DNA of 64,000 nucleotides from Omnitrophica WOR_2 bacterium GWF2_43_52 (GTDB taxonomy: Bacteria > Omnitrophota > Gorgyraeia > Gygaellales > UBA12090): assembly GCA_001805445.1 (NCBI GenBank), contig MHGF01000023.1:18859-82858 (forward strand), written 5' to 3'. The notes under the pieces are model-generated. The model made no database searches. It was not told the DNA's origin and saw only the letters and a list, made by a program, of their open reading frames with translations. Both the position numbers and the translations under genes were made by a program. This document shows, piece by piece, positions 46,825-57,101 of this stretch; within the stretch, counting starts at the first letter, position 1; each line of letters opens with the position of its first letter.

Positions 46825-49050
46825 ATGAATCCCCGCCATCTCAATGAAATCAAAGCAATTATCATCATCGCGGTAGGGCTGTTAGTTTTATTAGGACTAC
46901 TTTCCTACACCCCTTACGATATTTCTTTTTTTAGTTATCCGGTAAATAGCCCCGCGCGGAATCTCATCCGTATTTTTGGCGCATGGATGTCCTTTGGCTT
47001 GTTTTTTATTTTTGGCTGGGTTAGCTATCTTCTGCCTATGGTTTGTTTTGCCTGGGCGGTTGCTAAATTTAAGGGAAAGTCTTTCTTTGATCCTTTCAAA
47101 ATCCCGGGGCTCTTGCTCCTGGCGTTTTCTCTTAGCAGCCTCATGGGGCTTACCTCAAGAATACATGAGGCAGGTTTCGCCAGAGGTGGGATGCTTGGGT
47201 TTATGTTTTCAAGGTTCCTGGTTACGTATTTTGGCAGCGGCTCATGGGTTGTTCTGATAAGCCTTACGCTGCTGGCGTGTGTTTTAGTAATGGAATTCCT
47301 GGTTTCCCGTTTCATTCTTACGGCGGTTGAAGGATTAAAAGAAACGGTAAAATTTCCCGTAATCGGCTTTAAGCCTAAACAAAAGAAGGAAACGCTTATT
47401 ATTTCAGAGTCTCCCCGGTATAACCTCAAGCAGCCTTCTCTCTTACAGCCTCGGCAGAAAGAAACAGCCGAGAATAAAAAGAGTGCCCTCGATAAGGAAG
47501 ATGGCTTGGAGGCGGCGCAGGGTAACAGGATAGCTTTAAAAATAAAAGATTCCCCGAAAGAAATAAAGGCGGGGAAACCAAAGTCCGTAGAAATGAAAAC
47601 CGGCACCTATATACTTCCTTCTTTGGATCTGTTGGAGTCTCCGGCTCTGGGCTCTGCCCGAAAATCGCTGGAAGAAGATTTAACCGGCAATGCCAAGATT
47701 CTTGAGGAGACCTTGCTTGATTTTAGCGTTTTGGTTAAGGTCACCAATATTGAACGCGGGCCGGTACTTACCCGATATGAGCTTGAACCGGCGCCGGGAG
47801 TAAAGGTGCAGAAGATCATCTCTTTGGGGGATGATATTGCCTTGGCAATGAAGGCCCCGTCGGTAAGGATTGTCGCGCCTATCCCGGGAAAAAGCCGGGT
47901 TGGTATCGAAGTCCCTAATACCTCAATAGGAGCGGTGTATCTTAAAGAAGTGCTTTCGAGCGCTGAGTTTCAAAACGCGGCGGGGAAGTTAACCTTAGCA
48001 CTCGGTAAGGATATTACCGGAAGGGCGGCAGTTTCGGATTTGGGGGAAATGCCGCATCTTTTAATTGCCGGGACTACCGGCTCAGGAAAGACCGTCTGTG
48101 TTAATTCTTTAATCCTTTCCATACTTTTTCGCGCTACCCCGGAGGAAGTAAAGTTTATGATGGTTGACCCAAAAATGGTAGAGATGTCCGTCTATAACGG
48201 ACTGCCGCATTTGATTTGTCCGGTCGTAACCGACGCCAAGAAGGTCTCTCATGCCCTTAGTTGGGTTGTGGCTGAAATGGAAAACAGGTATAAAATGCTG
48301 GCTAAAGTGGCGGCAAGGAATATTGAATCGTACAACCAAAAACAGCCGGATGAAAAACTTTCATATATTGTTGTCGTCATTGACGAGCTTGCTGACCTGA
48401 TGGCAGTTGCCGCAAACCATATCGAGAACGCTATTACCCGCTTAGCCCAGCTTTCCCGGGCAGTAGGAATACATTTGATTTTGGCTACGCAGAGGCCTTC
48501 AGTCGATGTGATTACCGGCGTTATCAAGGCTAATTTTCCCGCCCGTATTTCTTTTAAGGTGGCATCAAAGGTAGATTCGCGTACCGTTTTGGATGCTAAC
48601 GGCGCGGATAAGCTTTTAGGTAAAGGCGATATGCTCTTTATGCGTCCCGGTGAGGCAAAACTTATCCGCGCGCAGGCCTCATTTCTAAAAGACGCTGAAA
48701 TTGAAAGGGTCGTCGCGTTTATCAAAGAACAGGCTGAGCCGGTATTTGAGGAGGCAATCCTAAAAGAGCAGTCCAGAGCCCAGAGCCTTCCTGAAAGAGA
48801 AAGGGACGAGTTGTTTGAAGAGGCAACCCGCCTGATAGTAGAAAGCAACCAGGCATCGGTTTCTATCCTTCAAAGGAGGCTTATGCTTGGGTATGCCCGT
48901 GCCGCGAGGCTTATTGACGCGATGGAACAGGAGGGAATTGTCGGCCCTTATCAAGGGAGCAAGCCGCGTAAGATTATGGTTGACCGGGAATCATGGCTTA
49001 AGGAACACGGCTATAGCCCTCTGGTTTCAAAAGAAACATTACAGGAATAG
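46825..49050 (+). CDS. ftsK: DNA translocase FtsK
   Basis: 4-TM N-terminus, MPHLLIAGTTGSGKT, IDELADLM, ATQRPS, gamma domain 'LQRRLMLGYARAAR'. Confidence 0.97.
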   Translation: MNPRHLNEIKAIIIIAVGLLVLLGLLSYTPYDISFFSYPVNSPARNLIRIFGAWMSFGLFFIFGWVSYLLPMVCFAWAVAKFKGKSFFDPFKIPGLLLLAFSLSSLMGLTSRIHEAGFARGGMLGFMFSRFLVTYFGSGSWVVLISLTLLACVLVMEFLVSRFILTAVEGLKETVKFPVIGFKPKQKKETLIISESPRYNLKQPSLLQPRQKETAENKKSALDKEDGLEAAQGNRIALKIKDSPKEIKAGKPKSVEMKTGTYILPSLDLLESPALGSARKSLEEDLTGNAKILEETLLDFSVLVKVTNIERGPVLTRYELEPAPGVKVQKIISLGDDIALAMKAPSVRIVAPIPGKSRVGIEVPNTSIGAVYLKEVLSSAEFQNAAGKLTLALGKDITGRAAVSDLGEMPHLLIAGTTGSGKTVCVNSLILSILFRATPEEVKFMMVDPKMVEMSVYNGLPHLICPVVTDAKKVSHALSWVVAEMENRYKMLAKVAARNIESYNQKQPDEKLSYIVVVIDELADLMAVAANHIENAITRLAQLSRAVGIHLILATQRPSVDVITGVIKANFPARISFKVASKVDSRTVLDANGADKLLGKGDMLFMRPGEAKLIRAQASFLKDAEIERVVAFIKEQAEPVFEEAILKEQSRAQSLPERERDELFEEATRLIVESNQASVSILQRRLMLGYARAARLIDAMEQEGIVGPYQGSKPRKIMVDRESWLKEHGYSPLVSKETLQE

Positions 49051-49055
49051 AGCCA

Positions 49056-49934
49056 ATGAATAAGGCAGGAACCTACTTAAAAAATATCCGTGAAGAAAAG
49101 GGGTATTCTCTTTCCGAGGTAAGCAAGGCCACTAAAATCTCTCCGACGGTGCTTCGGGCGCTTGAGGAGGGGAGTTTTGAGAATATCGACCAGGTTTATT
49201 TAAAGAGTTTTGTGAAAATGTATTGCCGTTTCCTTGAGGTGAAGTGGGAGGGGTTCCTCAAAGAATACCCTCTCAATCCTCTCGAGCCAAAGCATACTGC
49301 CAAGCAGGCTGTTATCCAGAAAGAGAAAAAGGAGCAGATAAAAAGCGCGGCTAAAAAAACTTTTTCTTTTAGTGAGATTTTGGTAAAGCATAAGAAAATA
49401 ATCCTTACTATCCTTTCGGCGGTTGCCCTCATACTTTTTCTTATGGTAACTATCAGGGGTTGCCGCGCCATCCTCAAAAACCTTCCCAAAAAGCAGCATT
49501 CAAACCTTGCGCAGAGCAAGAAGAAAACCCCTTCCCCTGCGGCTACGGCACCTAAACCACGGCAATCTTTGAAACCTCCCCAGCCAAAAGAGGAAGTTAC
49601 GGCGAAACCGCTAAAATCATCCCCTGAAACCACCTCGACGGGCTCCAGCGCGACTCAACCGAAAGAATCAAAGCCTAAGGAAATTACTGTGGCAATCAGC
49701 GCTCATGAAGACAGTTTTCTTAAGATTAAGGTTGATGGCCAGGCGCTCTACCAGGGGATGCTGCGGAAGGGGAAAGCTGAAAGCTGGAGAGCAAAAGAAA
49801 AGATCGAGCTTTCGGTAGGCAATGCCGGAGGCATTGTGCTTGAGGCTAACGGCAAGATGTTCTCTCCTCTTGGCAGGCGCGGCCAATCAATTAAAAACAT
49901 AGTGATTACGAGCGAGGGGCTTAAGATATTATAA
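49056..49934 (+). CDS. rodZ: RodZ-like protein (HTH - TM - DUF4115)
   Basis: GTYLKNIREEKG...LEEG...YLKSFVKMY, TM, linker, VGNAGG; ftsK-rimO context. Confidence 0.8.
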   Translation: MNKAGTYLKNIREEKGYSLSEVSKATKISPTVLRALEEGSFENIDQVYLKSFVKMYCRFLEVKWEGFLKEYPLNPLEPKHTAKQAVIQKEKKEQIKSAAKKTFSFSEILVKHKKIILTILSAVALILFLMVTIRGCRAILKNLPKKQHSNLAQSKKKTPSPAATAPKPRQSLKPPQPKEEVTAKPLKSSPETTSTGSSATQPKESKPKEITVAISAHEDSFLKIKVDGQALYQGMLRKGKAESWRAKEKIELSVGNAGGIVLEANGKMFSPLGRRGQSIKNIVITSEGLKIL

Positions 49935-50095
49935 TCCCCAATTGTAAAATAACCAAACATCACTATCCAATAACCAAATAATAACCAATGTGCCAATGAC
50001 CAAACGATGTGGTTATTGCATGGCTGCCGTTAGGCATGTATTTTTAATGATGCCTACTCCATAATCTTAGTCACACTGCACGAGTCAGGTTAGAA

Positions 50096-51379
50096 ATGAA
50101 ACAGGCAACCATCGGCATTATCAGCTTAGGCTGTCCGCGGAACCTCGTTGATTCGCAAAATTTGTTAGGATCCTTTCAGGCAAAAGGCTATAAAATCGTA
50201 GATATTCAAAAGGCAGATATAGGCCTGGTGAACACTTGTTCTTTTATTGAGGATGCTAAGAAGGAATCTATTGACGCGATACTGGATTTAGTCGCTTTAA
50301 AGAAAGAAGGCCGCCTGAAAAAGATTATTGTGGCAGGATGCCTTTCACAGCGCTATAAAGAAGCGCTTCTCCCTCAGCTTAAGGAAGTGGATGCCTTTAT
50401 CGGCACACGCGGCCTTGGCAATGAAGCCGATAAGAGCTATAACCTTATACCTCGCCACATTGCGTATCTTAAAATATCTGAAGGCTGTAATCATCCCTGC
50501 ACTTTTTGCGTGATTCCCAAGATTAAGGGGAAGCTGCAAAGCCGCGCCATGGAAGCGCTCTTTGAAGAAGCGCAAGGCCTAGAGGCTAAGGGAATTTCCG
50601 AGCTTAACATTATCGGGCAGGATATCAGCCACTACGGGCTGGATATTTATAAAAAAGCGCGCCTCTCTTTGCTCCTTCGCGGGATGTGCGCTTCTCTTAA
50701 GAAAATACACTGGATACGCCTTCTCTATCTGCATCCGAATCATGTTACAGATGGCCTCATTGATGTCATAGCCAACGAAGAAAAGATTTGTAAGTATGTT
50801 GATGTTCCTCTCCAGCATATCTCTAGCCGTGTTTTGAAGGCGATGAAGCGCCAAACGACTACGAAAAGGATACTGCACTTTTTGTCGCGGCTGCGGAAAA
50901 AAATCCCGGGAGTCGCGTTACGCACCTCTTTGATTGTGGGGTTTCCCGGAGAAACAGAAAAAGAGTTTAAGCAACTTCTTTCATTTGTAAAGGAACAAAA
51001 ATTCGAGCGCTTGGGAGTTTTTAAATATTCAAGAGAAGAAGGAACTCCTGCCTATGAGTACGCGGGCCAAATCCCACAGCGCCTCAAAGCGGAGCGTTTT
51101 AAAGCGCTTATGCAGTTACAACAGCGTATATCCTTAGAGTTTAACCGTAAGCTTATCGGTAGAGAGTTTGAGGTATTAATTGATGGTAAAAGCTCGGGGG
51201 CAAGGTATTGTGGCAGGTTAGCTATTGACGCTCCGGAAGTTGACGGGGCTGTGTATGTCAGCGCGGACAGGGAATTAAAACCCGGTGAATTTGTCAGGGT
51301 GAAAATTACCGATGCTTACGAATACGATGTAGCCGGCAGGCATATTCCTTTAACGCAAGAACAGAAAAAGAGCGCATGA
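50096..51379 (+). CDS. rimO: Ribosomal protein S12 methylthiotransferase RimO
   Basis: SLGCPRNLVDS, NTCSFI, CNHPCTFC, DAPEVDG. Confidence 0.95.
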   Translation: MKQATIGIISLGCPRNLVDSQNLLGSFQAKGYKIVDIQKADIGLVNTCSFIEDAKKESIDAILDLVALKKEGRLKKIIVAGCLSQRYKEALLPQLKEVDAFIGTRGLGNEADKSYNLIPRHIAYLKISEGCNHPCTFCVIPKIKGKLQSRAMEALFEEAQGLEAKGISELNIIGQDISHYGLDIYKKARLSLLLRGMCASLKKIHWIRLLYLHPNHVTDGLIDVIANEEKICKYVDVPLQHISSRVLKAMKRQTTTKRILHFLSRLRKKIPGVALRTSLIVGFPGETEKEFKQLLSFVKEQKFERLGVFKYSREEGTPAYEYAGQIPQRLKAERFKALMQLQQRISLEFNRKLIGREFEVLIDGKSSGARYCGRLAIDAPEVDGAVYVSADRELKPGEFVRVKITDAYEYDVAGRHIPLTQEQKKSA

Positions 51380-51969
51380 ATCTTCCCAATAAACTTACTC
51401 TTCTGCGGATAGTGTTGACCTTTGTTTTTATGTTTTTCCTCTTTTCGCAGGGTTTAGGCGCTAAAGTTACGGCGTTATGCGTCTTTAGCCTAGCAGCCCT
51501 TACCGACCTTCTTGACGGAATGATTGCCAAATCCCGTAATTTGATAACCAATTTCGGCAAGATTATGGATCCTATCGCGGATAAGATCCTGGTTTTAGCC
51601 GCTTTTTTGAGCTTTATCCAGTTACAGCTTATTCCCGCCTGGATGGTAATCGTTATTATAGCGCGGGAATCGATAATTACTTCCTTGCGCCTTTTTGCCC
51701 TTTCTAAGGGGATAGTTATCGCGGCCTCAAAAGGCGGAAAACACAAGACCGTCTCTCAGATCGTGGCGATCTTCATTATTCTTCTTTCGCTTATTTTAAA
51801 AGAGGCAATGAAGCAATGCATGAGCTGGCAGCCGGATTACGACAGGGTTATTGCCGATGTCGGATATTGGGCGATGTTTTCCGCGGTTATCCTTACGCTT
51901 ATTTCAGGGGTTTCGTATCTATGGAATAACCGCCACATTTTTCTGGGGGCAGCCCATGCGCAAAAATAA
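51376..51969 (+). CDS. pgsA: CDP-diacylglycerol--glycerol-3-phosphate 3-phosphatidyltransferase
   Basis: NLPNKLTLLR, TDLLDGMIA, FGKIMDPIADK. Confidence 0.95.
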   Translation: MNLPNKLTLLRIVLTFVFMFFLFSQGLGAKVTALCVFSLAALTDLLDGMIAKSRNLITNFGKIMDPIADKILVLAAFLSFIQLQLIPAWMVIVIIARESIITSLRLFALSKGIVIAASKGGKHKTVSQIVAIFIILLSLILKEAMKQCMSWQPDYDRVIADVGYWAMFSAVILTLISGVSYLWNNRHIFLGAAHAQK

Positions 51970-52429
51970 TCTTACCGAAAGGGTTATTATTGTTGTAAGC
52001 AGTGTTTTTTATATCGGCTGCAGCCCATTTTTGGCCGGGACTATGGCATCCCTGGCCGCGTTTCTGGTTGATATACTGATTATCAAAGCTAATGTTATTT
52101 TACATCTGGGCATTGTTGGTTGTATTACTTTTATCGGCTTTTTAGTTTCAGGAAGGGCAGAGAAAGTATTCGGGCAGAAAGACGCGAGGGAGATTGTCAT
52201 TGATGATTTTAACGGTGTCCTGGTGGGCTTACTTTTTCTTCCCTACAGCCTGAAAATCAGTATCCTTGGATTTATTATCTTTCGGATCATGGATGGGCTT
52301 AAACCCTATCCGATTTATAAGATGGAGAAGCTCAAAGGCAGTTGGGGTGTCATGGGGGATGACCTTGTTGCCGGGGTGTATACCAATATTGTTTTGCAGC
52401 TATTGCGCGCGCTTCTTGCCTGGCGATAG
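51956..52429 (+). CDS. pgpA: Phosphatidylglycerophosphatase A
   Basis: GTMAS, DAREIVIDD, FRIMDGLKPYPI, GVMGDDLVAG. Confidence 0.92.
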   Translation: MRKNNLTERVIIVVSSVFYIGCSPFLAGTMASLAAFLVDILIIKANVILHLGIVGCITFIGFLVSGRAEKVFGQKDAREIVIDDFNGVLVGLLFLPYSLKISILGFIIFRIMDGLKPYPIYKMEKLKGSWGVMGDDLVAGVYTNIVLQLLRALLAWR

Positions 52430-52481
52430 GCTGTTGGCGCTGCTTATGCAAAAACCGGGTTTAAAGAAGGAGGAAGGGCTT

Positions 52482-53090
52482 ATGGAGCGTTACTATAGAA
52501 TAATTATTACCTGTGGAGTTTTCACCTTAGGTTTACTCTCAGGCTGTGCTTCGGTAAAAGTTACTCGTACCGAGGTTACGAAAACAGTAGATTTAAGCGG
52601 CAGATGGAATGATACCGACTCACGTTTGGTTTCCGAGGAGATGATTAAAGACTGTCTGGCTCGGCCTTGGTTAGGGGAGTTTACTACAAAAGCCGGAAAA
52701 AGTCCGTATGTCATTGTGGGAACTGTGCTTAACAGAAGTTCAGAACATATCGACGCTCAACTTTTTATTAAGGACCTGGAGGCTGACTTGCTTAATTCCG
52801 GAAAGGTAAAATTTGTCGCTTCAAAAGAGCCTCGCCAAGAAATCCGGGAAGAAAGGGCTGATCAAACGCGATTTTCCTCAAAAGAAACCGCCAAGGCTTT
52901 TGGCAGGGAATCGGGGGCTGATTTTATGCTTCAGGGAACCATTAATTCGGTCACCGATGAGCTTAAGGGTAAGTCTTCCATTTTGTATCAGGTCAATCTT
53001 GAGTTGGTCAACTTAGAGACCAATGAAAAAGCCTGGATTGGCCAGAAGAAAATCAAGAAGATTGTTTCCCGAAGCGCGTTCGGCTTATAA
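52482..53090 (+). CDS. lpoB: LpoB-family lipoprotein (COG3417-like)
   Basis: AGGAGG RBS, lipobox LSGC, DLSGRWNDTD, NRSSEHID, GADFML. Confidence 0.75.
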   Translation: MERYYRIIITCGVFTLGLLSGCASVKVTRTEVTKTVDLSGRWNDTDSRLVSEEMIKDCLARPWLGEFTTKAGKSPYVIVGTVLNRSSEHIDAQLFIKDLEADLLNSGKVKFVASKEPRQEIREERADQTRFSSKETAKAFGRESGADFMLQGTINSVTDELKGKSSILYQVNLELVNLETNEKAWIGQKKIKKIVSRSAFGL

Positions 53091-53091
53091 G

Positions 53092-53414
53092 TAGCGCACT
53101 GTAAACTTAATTAGTAATAATAGTTCGTGAGTTTGTTAGCTTAAGCGAATGTGCGTATCAGCTGTTTAGCTTTTCAGCTCATTAGCTGTTTAGTTAGTTA
53201 TCAATGAAAAAGCGTCTTTTAAACACGAATTCCCACGAATTACACACTAATCATCACGAATACAGCGACGAAGTAATTCGTGTGTATTTGTGTGTAATTT
53301 GTGCCTATTCGTGCAAAATAAATGTTTTTCAGCAGTAACTAGTTAAATTGTTAATCAGCTAAAGAGCAAATGAGCTAAGCAGCTACTGTTAAAAAATAAT
53401 TTTACAGCGTACTA
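53092..53414. mobile_element. MITE family A with family B (53196-53340) inserted
   Basis: Removing B and one (t)agtt copy restores colinearity with 8825-8990. Confidence 0.85.
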
Positions 53415-53418
53415 TTGT

Positions 53419-54780
53419 ATGGGGCGTTTGTTATCAGTTTTTTCCGGTAAGCGTTTATTCCTTTCTTTTTTTCTTTTCCTCTCCTCTTGTTCGACGGCCC
53501 TTAAAGACCAGTCGCAGGTCTCTCGCCTTTGCCTCCAGGATAACTACGTAAAGGCAAAAGCAATCCTTAACGATAATTCGCATCTTTATGGCAGGAAGAA
53601 TACTTTATTGTATTTTCTGGATAAGGGGCTTATCCTGCATTTGTCGGGAGACTATAAAGAAAGTATCGCTGCCTTTGATAAGGCAAAGCGGACATTTGAT
53701 GAGCTTTATACCCGATCACTAAGTGCTATGGCAGGAACATGGCTTGTGAATGAGTATAGCGCCAGCTATCATGGAGAAGATTTCGAACGGGTGATGATTA
53801 ACATCTTTCAGGCATTGAATTATCTTATGGTAGGAGACTTGGATGAGGCCTTGGTTGAGGCGCGCCAGGTAGATAGCAAGCTTTCTGTAATCAATAGCCG
53901 TTATAAGCCGGGTGAAAAAAATGCCTATAAAGAAGATGCCTTTGCGCGGCTGTTTATGGGGATTATCTATGAGGCAAGCAATACGCCTGAGGATATGAAT
54001 AATGCCTTTATTTCATATAGAAAAGCGCTTGAAACCTATGAGACTGATTATCGGAAAAATTACGATTTCAGCGCTCCTTCGCTGCTTAAGGAAAACCTGT
54101 TAGCAACCGCGGATTATATGGGGATAGAGGAAGCTAGGGAATACCGGAAAAAATATCAGGGTATTCCTTACTTGAGCTTAAAGGAAAAATCTCAAAAAGC
54201 CCAGGTGTACCTTATTCAGTATGAGGGTGTTTCGCCGACAAAAGAAGAAGGCTCATTGGTAATTCCTCTTCCTGACGGCTATCTGGTAAAAATGGCTTTT
54301 CCAAAATATCGGCGTATACCATCAAAGATAAAGTCCTCGTTTTTTAGCGCGCGCGATAGTTCTAACGGGGTTATTAAGGCGCAGGTAGAGACGGGAGAAG
54401 ATATAAGCGCTCTGGCCATGCAGAATCTTGAGAGCCGTAAGGTACGAGTGATGGCTAAGGCAATTGCCGTAAGCAGCGCCAAATATCTGGTTGAGAGACA
54501 GCAGGAAGAGGCGATAAGGAAGAAATTCGGCGCAAAAGCGGCGGATAGTTTCAAAATCGCGAGCAGCGTTTTTAATGCCTTTTCGACGAAAGCCGATACG
54601 CGTTCATGGCAGACTTTACCGTCTGAAATACGCATCGCGCGGCTTTGTTTGAATGCGGGGGAATACAGTTTCTTTGTGGAGAATACCGATAGTGAAGGGG
54701 GTTTTTTGGAAAGCGTCACCTTAGGGAAGATAAAGGTTGCCCCGGGAGAGACGAAATTCTTTCTCATCAGGAGTTTGTAG
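53419..54780 (+). CDS. TPR-like lipoprotein (COG3014-like)
   Basis: Lipobox LSSC, YHGEDFE, ALVEARQ, ADTRSWQTLP; adjacent to the lpoB-like gene. Confidence 0.75.
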   Translation: MGRLLSVFSGKRLFLSFFLFLSSCSTALKDQSQVSRLCLQDNYVKAKAILNDNSHLYGRKNTLLYFLDKGLILHLSGDYKESIAAFDKAKRTFDELYTRSLSAMAGTWLVNEYSASYHGEDFERVMINIFQALNYLMVGDLDEALVEARQVDSKLSVINSRYKPGEKNAYKEDAFARLFMGIIYEASNTPEDMNNAFISYRKALETYETDYRKNYDFSAPSLLKENLLATADYMGIEEAREYRKKYQGIPYLSLKEKSQKAQVYLIQYEGVSPTKEEGSLVIPLPDGYLVKMAFPKYRRIPSKIKSSFFSARDSSNGVIKAQVETGEDISALAMQNLESRKVRVMAKAIAVSSAKYLVERQQEEAIRKKFGAKAADSFKIASSVFNAFSTKADTRSWQTLPSEIRIARLCLNAGEYSFFVENTDSEGGFLESVTLGKIKVAPGETKFFLIRSL

Positions 54781-54852
54781 GTTAGAACGTTACTTTTGGT
54801 TTTGCCGTGGGTGGTACCCAGGGATGCTCAGCTTAAATATGAGGAGATAATT

Positions 54853-55422
54853 ATGAAGCAACAATGTGCGATACACATAAAAGAGAGTATAGTTTTTTTG
54901 GTTATGGCTATCGTGTTTTCTTCTTCTCTTTGGGCAGAGGAAGCTCACAATGAGGAGGTTCCCGTAGGCATGGAAATAATTATGGTGAAGCCTGGAATGA
55001 AGCAAATTGTCCCTAAGGGCACCAAGGTTTCCAAAAAGGGGGATTTGATAGTTTTGGAAGATAGTAATGAGTATTCCGCGAGAAGATTCGAAGAAATGGA
55101 AAACCGTTTCAAATCCCTTGAGGCTGAGCTGGATACCTTTAAGAAAGGCCTGGAAACCTGTTCTCTGAGTGTTAAGGATGCTCGCGAAACGATCATAACG
55201 GATTTGGAAGAAAGATTTTCCAAGATTGAATCCAGCCTTGAAACTAATAAGCAAGGATTAACCGGCCGGTTTGAAAAAAAAGAGCTTGACCAGGAGGCTT
55301 TACGGAAAAACGTTGATAAGCTTACCGTAAGGCAGGAAGAGCTTAAAGATGAAATTGAAAGGCTTAAAGATGTGGTAATTGAGGCCAGAGAAGCGATAGA
55401 AGAAGTAAAACAGAAGAAATAA
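54853..55422 (+). CDS. Exported coiled-coil hypothetical protein
   Basis: GAGGAG RBS, signal peptide, heptad-rich C-terminus. Confidence 0.75.
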   Translation: MKQQCAIHIKESIVFLVMAIVFSSSLWAEEAHNEEVPVGMEIIMVKPGMKQIVPKGTKVSKKGDLIVLEDSNEYSARRFEEMENRFKSLEAELDTFKKGLETCSLSVKDARETIITDLEERFSKIESSLETNKQGLTGRFEKKELDQEALRKNVDKLTVRQEELKDEIERLKDVVIEAREAIEEVKQKK

Positions 55423-55550
55423 AGCTTTTCTACAGCATGGATAATTATGCGTACAACATGTTCATTATGAATCAGTTATAACTTTAAGAATAAATAGCAG
55501 ATGCCCCAGATTATGCTTAAGGGTAAGACCAGGTTTGGCAAGAAAATTAT

Positions 55551-55579
55551 TGTAAACCTTTTGGGATGAATTTCGTCTA
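55551..55579 (+). promoter_or_regulatory. ECF sigma-type promoter
   Basis: TGTAAAC-16 nt-CGTCTA upstream of the operon encoding the ECF sigma. Confidence 0.65.
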
Positions 55580-55689
55580 ATTAAGTAGAGGAGAAGGGAT
55601 GAGATTGTCGAAGCCCTGCTTTCTGAGCAGGTAGTGAAGCGCTTTGTATTCGTATAATAACAATAGAGTTACTATGAAAGGAGGCTGTT

Positions 55690-56469
55690 ATGAAAAGAGA
55701 TAGGGTAATAATGTTCATAATAGTGGTGGGCGTAGTGTTGTGTATTCCGTCTTCGAGCTTTGCTGAGGATAAAACGCCTCCGGGTATTTCTCAAAAGGAG
55801 GCTATTCCCGGAAAAGGCAAGCACAAAGGCTGGGAACAGGGAAAACATAAGGGCTGGGATAAGGAGAAATTGGAGAAACTAAAGGCAGAGGACCCTGAGA
55901 AGTTTAAGGAAGAGGCTGCAGAGCATCGAAAAGAGACAAAAGAAAGGATGGAATATCTTAAGGAGCATGACCCTGAGAAATATCAGGAAATCAAGCAAGC
56001 CAGGAGGCAAAAGCGCAAAGAAGAGCTCTTTAAGTTAAAAGAAGAGAATCCCGAAAAGTTTAAAGAGATTATGCAAAAACGCAAACAGGCGCTTGATGAG
56101 AAGCTTGAGAAGATGAAGACAGAAAACCCTGAGCAATATGCGCGCATTATGAAACACCGTGAAGAAATGCGGGAGCTCCAGAGATTAAAGAAGGAAGACC
56201 CTGAGAAATATAAGGAATACCTAAAACAGCATCCGCATTTACGTGAGCGTTTAGAGGATGCCAGGGATAAGCGTGAAGATACGCGGGATAAAAGAAAGGA
56301 TAGCTTTGACCAAAAGCATACTAACTCTAAGGCTGATATGCTTGAAGATATAGAAGGCAAGAAAGAGAGTAAAAGGGATAAGAAGGAGGATGTCCGTGGC
56401 CGGAGAGAAGATTCCCGTGAGAGCAGCCATCCCTATAGCTTGGAAGGACGCGGGAGCAAGGGAAAATAG
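55690..56469 (+). CDS. Exported highly charged helical-repeat protein
   Basis: Signal peptide; GKHKGW x2; five K.E[DN]PE[KQ][FY]-like repeats; GGAGG RBS. Confidence 0.8.
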   Translation: MKRDRVIMFIIVVGVVLCIPSSSFAEDKTPPGISQKEAIPGKGKHKGWEQGKHKGWDKEKLEKLKAEDPEKFKEEAAEHRKETKERMEYLKEHDPEKYQEIKQARRQKRKEELFKLKEENPEKFKEIMQKRKQALDEKLEKMKTENPEQYARIMKHREEMRELQRLKKEDPEKYKEYLKQHPHLRERLEDARDKREDTRDKRKDSFDQKHTNSKADMLEDIEGKKESKRDKKEDVRGRREDSRESSHPYSLEGRGSKGK

Positions 56470-56471
56470 TC

Positions 56472-57062
56472 TTGATGGAGCCTGAATTAAGCCTTTCAGA
56501 TGAATGGGTTTTGATTGCAAAAGTAAAAGAGGGCAGGCGCTCAAGTTTCGATACGCTGGTAAGCCTTTACCAGCACCGGGGCTTGAGCATTGCCTATACC
56601 ATGGTGGGCAATGTTGAAGACGCCCAGGATGTTTTGCAGGAGGCATTTGTTAAGGTGTATATCAGTATCAATGATTTTAAAGGAAAGGCAAAGTTCGGCA
56701 CATGGTTTTACCGGATTGTAGTCAATTGCGCCCTTGATTTTTTAAGGCGGCGAAAAAGAAGCGCGAAAGTTTTTATCGATATCATGGCTGATAAAGATGA
56801 GGGAGGAATTTTTCCGGAGGCCATTGATGTCAGCACTGAGCCTCGCCGAGTATCATCTTCGAGAGAGTTTGTCTATAAGCTTGATGAGTCTATAGCCACA
56901 TTGTCAAGGATGCAAAGGTCTTGCTTTATTTTAAGGCATCAGAACAGATTGGCCATTCAGGAGATAGCAAAAGTGCTTAAGTGCAGCCCTTCAACCGTTA
57001 AGGTGCACCTGTTTCGGGCCGTGTGGCGTTTACGGAAACATTTGCTGCATTATTTTAGATAA
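56472..57062 (+). CDS. ECF RNA polymerase sigma factor
   Basis: DAQDVLQEAF, FGTWFYRIVVN, EIAKVL...STVKVHLFRA. Confidence 0.93.
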   Translation: MMEPELSLSDEWVLIAKVKEGRRSSFDTLVSLYQHRGLSIAYTMVGNVEDAQDVLQEAFVKVYISINDFKGKAKFGTWFYRIVVNCALDFLRRRKRSAKVFIDIMADKDEGGIFPEAIDVSTEPRRVSSSREFVYKLDESIATLSRMQRSCFILRHQNRLAIQEIAKVLKCSPSTVKVHLFRAVWRLRKHLLHYFR

Positions 57063-57101
57063 ATACCGGAGAGTAGGCAAGGGAATGCAGAGGTTAGAGT
57101 T

